From Myxococcota bacterium (GTDB taxonomy: Bacteria; Myxococcota_A; Polyangia; Polyangiales; Sandaracinaceae), in contig JAYZQJ010000128.1 in NCBI GenBank assembly GCA_036149055.1, forward strand, positions 97,317 to 161,316: a stretch of 64,000 bases of DNA. The letters are read 5' to 3'. The notes under the pieces are model-generated. The model worked only from the letters and a program-made list of their open reading frames with translations, searched no databases and was not told the origin of the DNA. The position numbers and the translations under genes were made by a program. This document shows, piece after piece, positions 1 through 11,679 of the stretch (the first letter of the stretch is position 1; each line of letters starts with the position of its first letter).

Positions 1-1
1 C

Positions 2-361
2 GGCCATGCCCGCGCACTCGGCCTCGCAGGACGCCGACGCGGTCGCGCGGCAGTCGGCCTCGCAGTCGTAGGAGCCCGGGTCGACCGTGCAGCTCGCCTC
101 GCAGGCGGTCACGTCGCAGCTCGCCTCGCAGGTCGCCGAGGCGCTGGCCGTGCACATCCCGTCGCACTGGACGTAGAGGTCGGCCGCGCAGGCCGCCTCG
201 AGCGCGAAGGGCTCGCACATCGCCGTACAGCCGCCGCCGATCAGCACCTCACAGCGCGACGTGGCCGCGAGGTAGATGTCGCCGCAGGCGTCCTGGGCGC
301 TGGCGCCGACCGGCACGAGCAGAGAAGCACACAGAGAAAGCAGTCCAAGTCTCGATCTCAT
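2..361 (-). CDS. Secreted Cys-rich protein (N-terminal part; runs off the window start)
   Basis: Not in the ORF track. ATG at 361 follows GGAGGAACG. Translates MRSRLGLLSLCASLLVPVGASAQDACGDIY...CEASCDVTACEASC: a signal peptide, then CxxxC repeats. Confidence 0.8.
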   Translation of the reverse strand, partial: MRSRLGLLSLCASLLVPVGASAQDACGDIYLAATSRCEVLIGGGCTAMCEPFALEAACAADLYVQCDGMCTASASATCEASCDVTACEASCTVDPGSYDCEADCRATASASCEAECAGMA

Positions 362-546
362 CGTTCCTCCATCGGAGCGAGGCACCACCCGCTCACTCGG
401 ACTTCGACGTAGCCCCGGAGCCCGAGCTTCACAGAAGGAAGAGTGCCATGATTCCGACCACTTGAGCCAGCGCATAGCCGAAGGGCGTGAGCGGGCGCGC
501 GCCATGGGTTTGCGGGCTCCCCCGGGCCCGCCATAGTGTCGCGGTC

Positions 547-1602
547 ATGGCTGGACTCACCCTGAGCGACCCGACGTTCGAGGCGAAGGAGCGGCGCAAC
601 GCCTTCGAGCGCTTCTGGCTGAAGCTCATCCAGGACGAGCGCGACCTGCCCTTCATCTCGCTCGCGCTGCAGATGACCTTCGTGCTCATCCCGGCGGCGG
701 TGCTTCTGTACGTGCCCGGCGTGTTCCGATGGTGGCTGGCGCCCGCCTACTGGGCGCTGCTCTTCCTCGGGTTCATGGACCGCTACATGCTGATGCTCCA
801 CAACACGAGCCATCGGCGCCTGTTCAAGCGGAAGTACAACTTCATGAACAAGTGGGTCCCGTGGGTGATCGCCGTCTTCTGCGGTCAGACGCCCGAGACC
901 TACTACATCCACCACATCACGATGCATCACGCGGAGGGCAACCTCCCGAACGATCTGTCGTCGACGATGAAGTACCAGCGGGACAGCCGGATCGCCTGGC
1001 TGCGCTACTTCTTCCGCTTCTTCTTCTTCATCCTCGTCGACATGACCCGCTACCAGGTGCGGAAGAAGCGCTACCCGCTGCTCCGCAAGATGCTGATCGG
1101 CGAGCTGTCGTTCTACGCGCTGACCGCGGCGATGATGTTCGTGAACTGGCAGGCCACGCTCGTCGTGTTCGTGGTGCCGTTCCTGACCATCCGCGTGCTC
1201 ATGATGGCCGGCAACTGGGGGCAGCACGCCTTCATCGACCCGGACGACCCGGGCAACGACTTCAAGAGCGCCATCACCTGCATCAACGCGCGCTACAACC
1301 AACGCGCGTTCAACGACGGCTACCACATCAGCCATCACCTGGTGGCCAACCGGCACTGGACCGACCACCCGGGTGAGCTGCTCGACAACATCGACGCCTA
1401 CCGCGAGAACGACGCCATCATCTTCGAGGGCATCGACTTCTTCATGGTGTGGCTGTACCTCATGCTCGGCCGGAAGGACTGGCTGGCGGATCGCTTCGTC
1501 GACCTCCGCGAGGAGAAGCGCAGCAAGGAAGAGATCATCGCGCTCTTCGACCGCCGCCTGAAGAAGTTCTCGCCCGAGCAGCTCGAGGCCTACCGCAAGT
1601 AG
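547..1602 (+). CDS. Membrane fatty acid desaturase family protein
   Basis: Three His boxes (HNTSH, HHITMHH, HISHH) and hydrophobic segments. ATG at 547 chosen over the upstream GTG. Confidence 0.85.
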   Translation: MAGLTLSDPTFEAKERRNAFERFWLKLIQDERDLPFISLALQMTFVLIPAAVLLYVPGVFRWWLAPAYWALLFLGFMDRYMLMLHNTSHRRLFKRKYNFMNKWVPWVIAVFCGQTPETYYIHHITMHHAEGNLPNDLSSTMKYQRDSRIAWLRYFFRFFFFILVDMTRYQVRKKRYPLLRKMLIGELSFYALTAAMMFVNWQATLVVFVVPFLTIRVLMMAGNWGQHAFIDPDDPGNDFKSAITCINARYNQRAFNDGYHISHHLVANRHWTDHPGELLDNIDAYRENDAIIFEGIDFFMVWLYLMLGRKDWLADRFVDLREEKRSKEEIIALFDRRLKKFSPEQLEAYRK

Positions 1603-1693
1603 CCCGAGTTTTTTTCCGACATCCACGCAACCACCCTCCGCCTCGCTCGATGGGGGCCCCGGTTTGCCCGGGGACGGGCGAAGGAGGGAAGAA

Positions 1694-4675
1694 ATGATGA
1701 CGGAAACCTGGGCGCGCCGATGCGCGCCATGGCTGGCCTGCGCCCTGACGATGGTCGGGTGCGACGGCATGGAGATGACCTGCCCCGAGGGCACCGAGCT
1801 CGTGGAGGGCGCGTGCGTCGCCCCCGAGCCCGACGCCCAGATCGGGATGGACGGCGCCACGCCGCCCCCCGAGGACGGCGGCCCGATGGTGGAGCCCGAT
1901 GGCGGGCCCACGACGCCCGACGGCGGACCCATGGGGATGCCCGACGGTGGGCCCATGGGGATGCCCGACGGCGGCCCCATGATGATGCCCGACGGCGGGA
2001 TCCCCCCGGATCTGCCGGACTCGGGGACGCCCACCTGCCCGACGCCCGACACCTGGTACCGCGACTGGGACGCCGACGGCTACGGCGATCCGGCGGCGAG
2101 CGTCGAGAGCTGCGACCCGGTCGAGGGCTTCGTCACGAACGCCGACGACTGCAACGACACCTGCGACACCTGCTGGACCGGCGCGTCGGAGACCTGCGAC
2201 ATGCGGGACAACGACTGCGACGGCACCACCGACGAGGGCGTCACCACGACGTTCTACCTCGACGCCGACGGCGACGGCCGCGGCGACCCCGCGCGCACCA
2301 CCGACGCCTGCGCCGTCCCGACCGGGCACGTGAGCAACGGCGACGACTGCGACGACGGCTGCGACACCTGCTGGACCGGCGCGATCGAGACGTGTGACCT
2401 CCGCGACAACGACTGCAACGGCAGCGTCGACGAGGGCGTGACCGCGACGTTCTACCGCGACGGAGACGGCGACGGGCACGGCGACCCGGCGATGACGAGC
2501 ACCGGCTGCACCGCGCCGAGCGGCTTCGTCACCAGCGACACCGACTGCGATGACACCTGCGCCGCCTGCTACCCCGGCAACTCCGAGACCTGCGACGGAG
2601 AGGACAACGACTGCAACGGCAGCGTCGACGAGGGGCTCCTCCACACCTACTACCGCGACGCCGACGGCGACGGACACGGCGACGCTGCGGGCAGCACCAC
2701 CGCCTGCACCGCGCCGAGCGGCTACGTCTCCAGCGACGACGACTGCGATGACACCTGCGCCGCCTGCTACCCCGGCAACCCCGAGACCTGCGACGGCGAG
2801 GACAACGACTGCGACGTCAGCGTCGACGAGGGCGTGCTGCTGACGTTCTTCCGCGACGCCGACGGCGACGGCTGGGGCGCCAGCTCGCCGACCACCGAGG
2901 CGTGCACCCGGCCGAGCGGCTACGCCGAGCGCGACGGAGACTGCAACGACGCCTGCGCGACCTGCCGACCGTTCGCGACCGAGGTCTGCGACACCCTCGA
3001 CAACGACTGCGACATGGGCGTCGACGAGGGCGTTCAGACGCGCTTCTACCGGGACGCCGACGGCGACGGACACGGCCTGGCGTCGGCGAGCGTGCTGGCC
3101 TGCGCCGCGCCGTCCGGTCACGTGACCTCGATGGACGACTGCGACGACACCTGCGCCGTCTGCTACCCGGGCAACTCCGAGGTCTGCGACGGCGAGGACA
3201 ACGACTGCGACGTGGACGTCGACGAGACCGTCCAGACCCTCTACTACCGCGACGGGGACGGCGACGGCTACGGCCGGGACGACGTGACCCAGCTCGCCTG
3301 CGCGCCGCCCAGCGGCTTCGTCGGCGTGGGCATGGACTGCGACGACGCGACGTCCTCGACCTACCCGTCGGCCAGCGAGCTCTGCAACGCGATCGACGAC
3401 GACTGCGACGGGAGCCGCGACGAGACCTTCACCTGCGTGGAGGGCGAGACCACGGGCTGCACGACCAGCTGCGGGAGCCGCGGCACGGGCACCTGCACGA
3501 CGTCCTGCGAGGAGCCGGACGCCGCCGCCTGCACGCCGCCCTCCGAGACCTGCAACTACGTCGACGACGACTGCGACGGGTTCCTCGACGAGCGGCTGTT
3601 CTCGGTCGGCTCCGAGAATCGCCTCACGGCGCCGAGCAACCTCTCGCGCCCGCGCACGACCGAGTGCCCCGACGGCAGCACCTGCGCGTTCTTCGTCGGT
3701 GCGGGTCAGGTGCTCGGCTACCGCATCGGGAGCGACGGCTCCGTGCTGGAGTCGGCGATCCCGCAGTCCGGCAACGACACCTTCGACATCGGCTACCGCC
3801 CGGGTGACCCCTACCTGTACTACGCGTACATCGACGGCTCGAGCATCGAGATCCGAGTGCTGAACCCGCGGACGCTGGTCGCGGTCCGCACTCGGTCGAT
3901 CGCGCGAACCGCGAGCTACCTCCGGGTCGTCGTCGATGGAAGTCACGTGTGGATCTACACGCTGGAGGGGAGCGCGATCCGCCGCTATCGACTCAGCAGG
4001 ACGTTCGGCACCTGGGACGGGATGACGCGCAACGTCACCATCTCGGAGGACCCCTTCGACGTCGTCGTCTCGAGTGAGAGTGGCGACCCGCACTACGTGA
4101 GCTTCGTGGTCCCGGTCACCCACCGGATGGTCCAGATGACGCGAGTGCCCGCGAGCGGCTCGCCGAGCACGGTCACGCTGGAGTCTCTGCCGAGCGACCA
4201 GACCGCGTCCGACCCGGCGATCACCACGACCTCCGACGGTCAGATCTTCGTGGCCTGGGCGGTGCGCGGCGCCGCGTCGTTCCTCGACAACGCCATCCGC
4301 TACGGCCACCTCGAGCGCTGGGGGCGACCCCCGCTCGTAGGGAACCTGAGCGGCTACGGGCGGAACACCCCGTCCATCGGTGGCAGCCCGGGTCTCCAGA
4401 TCGACGTGGGTCACGCCACCGGAGTGGCCGGCACGGCGGTGTTCCACGCGGCCGTCGCCGAGCGCGCCTACAACGCGAGCAACACGACCTGGGGCGAGGT
4501 GCATGCCTACACGTTCCAGCGAGCGGGGCTCCGGACGGCCATTCAGAACGAGACCATGCCCTCGAGCTCCCGAACCCATGAAGGCGCCGCGGTCTCGCCG
4601 CTGACCGACATCACCTTCGGAGTCTTCTACGAAGGGAGCCTCTCGCGCGGCCTGTGGCGGCGACTGGGCTGCTGA
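1694..4675 (+). CDS. Lipoprotein with 7 Cys/Asp-rich MopE-like (putative metal-binding) repeats and a non-repetitive C-terminal domain
   Basis: AAGGAGG RBS; lipobox-like MVG-C; PDGG linker. Seven ~66-aa units xYRDxDGDGxG...ETCDxxDNDCDG, then a beta-rich C-terminal region. Confidence 0.85.
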   Translation: MMTETWARRCAPWLACALTMVGCDGMEMTCPEGTELVEGACVAPEPDAQIGMDGATPPPEDGGPMVEPDGGPTTPDGGPMGMPDGGPMGMPDGGPMMMPDGGIPPDLPDSGTPTCPTPDTWYRDWDADGYGDPAASVESCDPVEGFVTNADDCNDTCDTCWTGASETCDMRDNDCDGTTDEGVTTTFYLDADGDGRGDPARTTDACAVPTGHVSNGDDCDDGCDTCWTGAIETCDLRDNDCNGSVDEGVTATFYRDGDGDGHGDPAMTSTGCTAPSGFVTSDTDCDDTCAACYPGNSETCDGEDNDCNGSVDEGLLHTYYRDADGDGHGDAAGSTTACTAPSGYVSSDDDCDDTCAACYPGNPETCDGEDNDCDVSVDEGVLLTFFRDADGDGWGASSPTTEACTRPSGYAERDGDCNDACATCRPFATEVCDTLDNDCDMGVDEGVQTRFYRDADGDGHGLASASVLACAAPSGHVTSMDDCDDTCAVCYPGNSEVCDGEDNDCDVDVDETVQTLYYRDGDGDGYGRDDVTQLACAPPSGFVGVGMDCDDATSSTYPSASELCNAIDDDCDGSRDETFTCVEGETTGCTTSCGSRGTGTCTTSCEEPDAAACTPPSETCNYVDDDCDGFLDERLFSVGSENRLTAPSNLSRPRTTECPDGSTCAFFVGAGQVLGYRIGSDGSVLESAIPQSGNDTFDIGYRPGDPYLYYAYIDGSSIEIRVLNPRTLVAVRTRSIARTASYLRVVVDGSHVWIYTLEGSAIRRYRLSRTFGTWDGMTRNVTISEDPFDVVVSSESGDPHYVSFVVPVTHRMVQMTRVPASGSPSTVTLESLPSDQTASDPAITTTSDGQIFVAWAVRGAASFLDNAIRYGHLERWGRPPLVGNLSGYGRNTPSIGGSPGLQIDVGHATGVAGTAVFHAAVAERAYNASNTTWGEVHAYTFQRAGLRTAIQNETMPSSSRTHEGAAVSPLTDITFGVFYEGSLSRGLWRRLGC

Positions 4676-4722
4676 GCTCGGGCTCGCCCTGACCTCGGCG
4701 GGGGCGGAGTGACGGACGGCTC

Positions 4723-4768
4723 ACGTAGGTCGAACGACCACGTAAGTTCCCAAGTTCACTCCGTCCCC
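4723..4768. repeat. REP-like dispersed motif, copy 1 (GTAG hairpin plus AAGTTCnCAAGTTCACTCCGTCCCC)
   Basis: 4740-4768 matches 31970-31998 at 28/29 positions. Preceded by the imperfect palindrome ACGTAGGTCG-AA-CGACCACGT. Confidence 0.75.
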
Positions 4769-5559
4769 CCTTCCGCGAATCTGGACAGGGCTTCGGCGAG
4801 CTCGGTAGCCTGGGTCTTCTGGATGTTGTGCCCGCCGTCTTCGAAGACGAGGCGCGGGCCGGGCGGGAGCTCGGTGGCGAGGGAGAGCCCGATGGCCTCC
4901 TCGACCAGGCGGTCGTCGCGCGCCCAGGCGAGGAGGGTCGGCTGCCGGAGGCCGCGCGCGGCGGCGCGGTGATCGGCGAAGGAGAGCTGGTAGACGATGC
5001 GCGTCGCCTCGACCATCTCGCCGAGCGGCGTCGACGCCGGGAAGCCGGCGCGCCGGAAGCCGCGGCGCATCACGGGCGCGAGCGCGCGGGCCACGCCGGG
5101 CACCCCGAGGAGGCGAGCGACGTCGGGGCTCCGCTGGATGCGTCTCGCCATCCGGTGCGGGTGCAGGCCGACCGAGGCGAGCAGGGCGACGCGCTCCACC
5201 CGCGGGTCCGCCGCCGCCACCGCCATCGCCAGCGGGCCGCCCATGGAGTGACCGAGGATCGTCACCCGCTCGAGCGCGAGCGCGTCGATCGCGGCGCGCA
5301 CGAAGCCCACGCGGTCCGCGAGCCGCGCCCCGGTCCCGGAGCGCACCGGCGTGGCGCCGAAGCCCGGCTGGTCGACGCGGACGAGGCGCACGCGGCCGCC
5401 CAGGGCAGAGGCGAGCCACCGGAAGTCGCGCCCCGAGCCGGGCAGCCCGTGGATCGCGAGCACCGTGGGCCCGGCGCCCTCCTCGCTGTACGCGAACGGG
5501 CCGCGGGCGGTCCGGGCGGTGCGGGTCGGCGGATCGCTGGGGCGGTCGGGCGTGCTCAA
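4756..5559 (-). CDS. Alpha/beta fold hydrolase
   Basis: HGLPGS oxyanion region, GHSMG nucleophile elbow, C-terminal GGHN His. Confidence 0.85.
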   Translation of the reverse strand: MSTPDRPSDPPTRTARTARGPFAYSEEGAGPTVLAIHGLPGSGRDFRWLASALGGRVRLVRVDQPGFGATPVRSGTGARLADRVGFVRAAIDALALERVTILGHSMGGPLAMAVAAADPRVERVALLASVGLHPHRMARRIQRSPDVARLLGVPGVARALAPVMRRGFRRAGFPASTPLGEMVEATRIVYQLSFADHRAAARGLRQPTLLAWARDDRLVEEAIGLSLATELPPGPRLVFEDGGHNIQKTQATELAEALSRFAEGGTE

Positions 5560-5580
5560 GGGAGGGCGACGATACCAGCC

Positions 5581-6516
5581 TCACCAACCCGCGACCCAGG
5601 TGAGCGCGAGCCAGCTCGTGAGCGGGATGGTGACGATCGAGAGCACGGTGGTAGCGACGATGGCGCGGCTGGTCCGGGCGGCGCCCACGTCGAGCTGCTG
5701 CGCGATCGCGAAGGTGGTGATCGCGGCGGGCATCGCCGAGAGCAGGCCGAGGACCTGGGCCTGGGCCGGGGTCATCATGCCGGCGGCGTGGAACGCCCAC
5801 GCGCCCGCGAAGGTGAGCGCCGGCAGGAGCAGGAGCTTCACCGCGAGGTGCGTGACGTCCGGGCCCTCGACCTTCCTCAGCCGCGCGCGGTGGGTGAAGA
5901 GGTAGAGCCCCAGGAGGAACAGCGCGACCGGCGCGGCGCTCCGACCGAGCGGGGCCACGACGGTGTCGACGAGCGCGCGCGCGTCGTCCGGCAGGTTGCG
6001 CGCGAGCAGCCCGGCCAGCGGCGCCCAGAGGAGCGGCTGCCGGACCACCCGGCCGAGGCTCGACGCGAGGCCGTCGCCGCGCCCGCTCCAGCGCAGGAGC
6101 AGCAGCGGCCCGACGCTCAGCGCGAGGGTGACGTGGATCGCGACCGCGACGCCGGCCAGCCCGACCGCGCTCTCTCCGAGCACCTTCTCGACGACGGGCA
6201 GGCCGAGGTACGCGACGTTGCCGAAGGCGACGATGAGCGCGAGGGTCGGCGCCTCCCGCGGAAAGAGGAGCCGGACGAGCGCCGCGCTGACCGCGAGCAC
6301 CAGCGGCACCAGCAGCCAGAAGCCCAGCTCGCCGGGCAGGGTGAACGCGGCGTCGACGAGCCCGCGGAAGACGAGAGCGGGGAACGCGAAGTAGAGCGCG
6401 TAGCGGTTGAGGTGGTCGACCGCGCCGTCGGGGTCGGGGAAGAGCCGGACCGCGCCGGCCAGCCCGCCGAGCGCGATCGGTGCGCCCAACGCGAGGGCCG
6501 CCAGCCAGAGCTCCAC
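5581..6516 (-). CDS. AEC (auxin efflux carrier) family transporter
   Basis: About 10 TM helices with FGNVAYLGLP, KLLLLP and AMPAA motifs. Confidence 0.85.
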   Translation of the reverse strand: MELWLAALALGAPIALGGLAGAVRLFPDPDGAVDHLNRYALYFAFPALVFRGLVDAAFTLPGELGFWLLVPLVLAVSAALVRLLFPREAPTLALIVAFGNVAYLGLPVVEKVLGESAVGLAGVAVAIHVTLALSVGPLLLLRWSGRGDGLASSLGRVVRQPLLWAPLAGLLARNLPDDARALVDTVVAPLGRSAAPVALFLLGLYLFTHRARLRKVEGPDVTHLAVKLLLLPALTFAGAWAFHAAGMMTPAQAQVLGLLSAMPAAITTFAIAQQLDVGAARTSRAIVATTVLSIVTIPLTSWLALTWVAGW

Positions 6517-6546
6517 GCGGCCGGCGTGCCACGAACCCGGGCTGCG

Positions 6547-6819
6547 TCAACCGGTGGCCGCGCGCCGCCGGACGTGATGCTGGAGCACGCGGACCGATCG
6601 GAGCAGCTCGAGATCGTGGGGCAGCCGCGTCCGGGCCTGCTCGAGCCGCATCAGCAGATCGAGGTAGCGGCCGGCCTCGAGCAGGTAGACGACCTCCTCG
6701 CGGGACACGTGGTCCTCCCAGCGCCGCCGGACGCGGGGCTCCGACGGGCGCGGGACGCGGGGCCGGAGCATCTGGATGCCCGACTCGCGCGGGGGGCTCT
6801 GGTCGTGGTCTCGGCTCAT
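6547..6819 (-). CDS. Hypothetical protein (90 aa)
   Basis: Fills the gap between co-oriented genes; no recognisable motif. Confidence 0.55.
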   Translation of the reverse strand: MSRDHDQSPPRESGIQMLRPRVPRPSEPRVRRRWEDHVSREEVVYLLEAGRYLDLLMRLEQARTRLPHDLELLRSVRVLQHHVRRRAATG

Positions 6820-6897
6820 GCTGCGGTCCGTTCTCGGCGACTGCCGTCTGCGAGGACAGAACGGTAGAGCCGGACGGACCTTGAGGGGATTCTCCCC

Positions 6898-8832
<1,935 letters not shown>

Positions 8833-8862
8833 CCCCGGATGCCCCGGTACCCGGTGGGGACC

Positions 8863-9951
8863 CTAGCGCACCTCGCAGCAGCGGAAGCCGGTGCTCGCGT
8901 TGGCGAACGTGCGCGGAAGATCGTTGGGATAGTTGCACTGACCTTCGAACGCGTCGTTGTCGAGGTAGGCCCCGCCCACCGCCAGGCAGCGCGCGTCCAT
9001 CGCGGTGTTCGACGTGCAGCCGTTGAGCCACTCGCGCACGTTGCCGGTGAGGGCGAGCACCCCCTCGTAGCCGGGCACCGACGACTGGCACCCGGTCAGG
9101 CTCTCGACGTCCGCGCTCGCGCCGCGATCGGTGAAGTTGCACTCGGTGTCGGCGGTGCGCGAGCTGTCCCCCGTCGGGTAGAGGAACATGCCGCCGGAGC
9201 TGCAGGCGTTGTACCAGGGGCTCGCGCTCGCGTCGGAGAAGCTGCCCATCGGCAGGGCGGAGTCGCCCGCGTAGCGGCCGCACAGTCGCTTCCCGACCGC
9301 GGCGCAGTAGGCGTAGGCGTCACACCAGTCGACGCAGGTCTGAGGGCGCTGCGCGCAGCCCGCTCCGGTGCAGTCGAACCCGGCGGCGACGCACGCCGCG
9401 TCCGGGCGCAGGTCCGTGTTCCAGGCGCAGCCGGGCCCGATGAGCGCGCCGGCCGGCGTCGGGCTCGTCTCGAGCCAGGTCTCGTACTGGATGCGAGAGA
9501 CTTCGAACGCGTCGATCCCGTAGGTGCCCCCGGAGGGCACCGGCACCTGCACGAGCTCCGTGACCGGCGGGCAGACGTCGCGGCCCGGCACACAGCTCGT
9601 GACCTGGCAGGCGGCGCCGTCGTCACAGCACGCCTGACCGGGAGCGCCGCACGGCTGACACCCCTCGAGGGTGCAGTTGGCGCCGCTCACGCACGCCGGT
9701 CGCGGCGCGTCGCAGCACGCCTCCCCGATCTGCCCGCAGGCGCCCGACCCGGCGTCGCGGCCGGCGTCGACCGCGGCGTCGACCGCGGCGTCGCGGCCCG
9801 CGTCGACGTCGGCGCCGGCGTCGACCGGCGATCCGGCGTCAGCCGGCCCGGCGTCGTCGACGTAGCTCAGCCGGTCGGGGTCGAAGAGGGCGGTGCACCC
9901 GCTCACCGCGAGGGCCGCGAAGAGAGCGCCGACGATCGTGATGCGCTTCAC
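8863..9951 (-). CDS. FGE-sulfatase (SUMF1/CLec fold) domain lipoprotein
   Basis: GTG at 9951 overlaps the upstream TGA; lipobox AVSG-C; IDAFEVS, VDWCDAYAYC, GKRLC, LTGNVREW and GFRCC motifs. Confidence 0.88.
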   Translation of the reverse strand: MKRITIVGALFAALAVSGCTALFDPDRLSYVDDAGPADAGSPVDAGADVDAGRDAAVDAAVDAGRDAGSGACGQIGEACCDAPRPACVSGANCTLEGCQPCGAPGQACCDDGAACQVTSCVPGRDVCPPVTELVQVPVPSGGTYGIDAFEVSRIQYETWLETSPTPAGALIGPGCAWNTDLRPDAACVAAGFDCTGAGCAQRPQTCVDWCDAYAYCAAVGKRLCGRYAGDSALPMGSFSDASASPWYNACSSGGMFLYPTGDSSRTADTECNFTDRGASADVESLTGCQSSVPGYEGVLALTGNVREWLNGCTSNTAMDARCLAVGGAYLDNDAFEGQCNYPNDLPRTFANASTGFRCCEVR

Positions 9952-10712
9952 AGCGTCCCCCGAACCTGGATGCCGCAGCCGGTGGGCCCACACCCCGCCG
10001 AGACGGCCGGCGGAGCCTCGTGGGTGTCTCGGAGCAGGAGGGTCAGGACGAGGCCGGTGCCCGCGGCGACGGCGCCGCTGATCCAGAGCACGTCGGTGGC
10101 GATCGCGAGCCCGTGCACGCTCTCGGCCTGGGCGCGCGAAGACGCCGGGCACACCCCGTCGGTGCAGGTCGCGAGCAGGGCGTCGTTCTCCGCCGCGAGG
10201 ACCCCGGCGGTGATGGCGGCGGCCAGGAGGATCGCGCCTCCGCCTCCCAGGACGATCGGACCGACGGGGGACATCGTCGTCGTGGGCGCGGCGTCGGTCC
10301 CGGGCCCTGCGCCGGCTCGCGCCGCCACCTCGAGCCGCAGGTCGAGCTCGCGGATGCGGGACTGCACGAGCGCGATGCGCGCCCCGGTCTGGTCCTCCGC
10401 CGCCAGCGCCCCTTCGAGGTAGCCGGCGTAGGCGTCCCGCGCGTCCTGCTCCCGGCCGCGGATCTCGTCGAGCGAGGTGCCGACGTTGAAGAGGATCATC
10501 CAGGCGTTGGGCATGCCCCCCTCGCGCATCAGCCCGTACGCCCGCTCGAACGCCTCGGCGGCGAGGAGGAAGCGGCCGTCGTCGAAGTGAGCCCGCCCCT
10601 CCTCGAAGGCCTGGCGGGCGGGGTCCGAGCCGTCGGCGGCGGCCTGGGCGGCGGCGAGGGACGGCGCGAGCGCGAAGCCGAGCACCGCCAACGAGAGAAG
10701 GATCAGACGCAT
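9948..10712 (-). CDS. Secreted TPR-like protein of the myxobacterial TPR/PEGA-associated type
   Basis: Signal peptide MRLILLSLAVLGFALAPSLAAAQ; ARQAFEEG/FERAY/ILFNVG helical repeat; C-terminal hydrophobic hairpin ending GIQVRGTL. Confidence 0.75.
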   Translation of the reverse strand: MRLILLSLAVLGFALAPSLAAAQAAADGSDPARQAFEEGRAHFDDGRFLLAAEAFERAYGLMREGGMPNAWMILFNVGTSLDEIRGREQDARDAYAGYLEGALAAEDQTGARIALVQSRIRELDLRLEVAARAGAGPGTDAAPTTTMSPVGPIVLGGGGAILLAAAITAGVLAAENDALLATCTDGVCPASSRAQAESVHGLAIATDVLWISGAVAAGTGLVLTLLLRDTHEAPPAVSAGCGPTGCGIQVRGTL

Positions 10713-10814
10713 GAGATCGAGCACCCCCGAAGTGGGGCAGACATTGACCAGCGGGGGTCGAGAACGCAAGCGCACCCACCGGCTCCGGCGCGAGCCGCGT
10801 GATAGCCTCGACGC

Positions 10815-11651
10815 GTGATTCGCCGCGCCGTCCTCTTCGCCTGCTTCGCCCTCCTCGCCGCCTGCAACGAGCCCTCGACGCCGCCCGTCGACGGAGCCGT
10901 GGCGCTCGACGCGACCGCGCTCGACGCGGGCCCGCTCGACGCCGGCCCCGAGCCCGACGCCGGCCCGCTCGACGCCGGCCGAGACGCCTCCACGCTCGAC
11001 GCGGGCACCGACGCGGGCCCGGTGGACGCGGGGCCGCCGGTCGAGGGCACCATCTCGGGGAGCTGCGACGAGATCGACACCGAGCTGCTCGACCCGATGG
11101 CGTTCCGGTTCGAGAACGAGATCACCTTCCCGGTCCGCCTGATGGAGTCCGACCTCGAGCACTTCCAGGAGGGCACCCGCCAGGTGCTCTCCGACGGCAC
11201 GGTCGGCGGGAGCAGCGTCTACAGCGAGGCGATGTCGTTCGAGGTCCTGGCGCGCTGCGAAGGCGCGACCCTGCTCGCGAGCGAGCCCTTCATTCGCTAC
11301 ATGGACGAGAGCGGCACCCGCACCGACCTGCTGGTCGAGATCGAGGGCAGCCGGGTCGGGGTGAGCGTCACCCGCGCCGTCCACTTCCCGCGCGCCGACC
11401 CCTACCCGCTCTCCGAGGCCCAGCGCCTCCTGATGCGCAAGCTCGAGGACATCCAGGAGAGCACCGCCAACGTCGACGCGCGCGACCGCTGGGTGAAGCA
11501 GATCCTCCACGTGATGGCCTACGCCCCCATGCACGCCGACATGTTCCGCATGGCCTGGGAGATGACCCCGGTCGAGATGCGCGGCGACACGATCCTCCTC
11601 GTGACCGTGACCCACGGCGAGGACGAGTTCATCTACGACAACGAGCTCTGA
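10815..11651 (+). CDS. Lipoprotein with an AAC4-like (Dictyostelium AAC-rich clone AAC4 family) domain
   Basis: LLAA-C lipobox and DAG linker. GGSSxxSE, TDLLV, GVSVTRA, WVKQILHV and TILLVT motifs recalled from that family. Confidence 0.7.
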   Translation: MIRRAVLFACFALLAACNEPSTPPVDGAVALDATALDAGPLDAGPEPDAGPLDAGRDASTLDAGTDAGPVDAGPPVEGTISGSCDEIDTELLDPMAFRFENEITFPVRLMESDLEHFQEGTRQVLSDGTVGGSSVYSEAMSFEVLARCEGATLLASEPFIRYMDESGTRTDLLVEIEGSRVGVSVTRAVHFPRADPYPLSEAQRLLMRKLEDIQESTANVDARDRWVKQILHVMAYAPMHADMFRMAWEMTPVEMRGDTILLVTVTHGEDEFIYDNEL

Positions 11652-11679
11652 GGCTCGGGCTCTCCTGTGGGCGGCGCGC

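Noticed and set aside
2543..2812. Near-identical 198-bp-period DNA repeats (also throughout 23400-30500)
   Set aside because: In-frame coding repeats of Cys-rich domains, fully explained by the protein.
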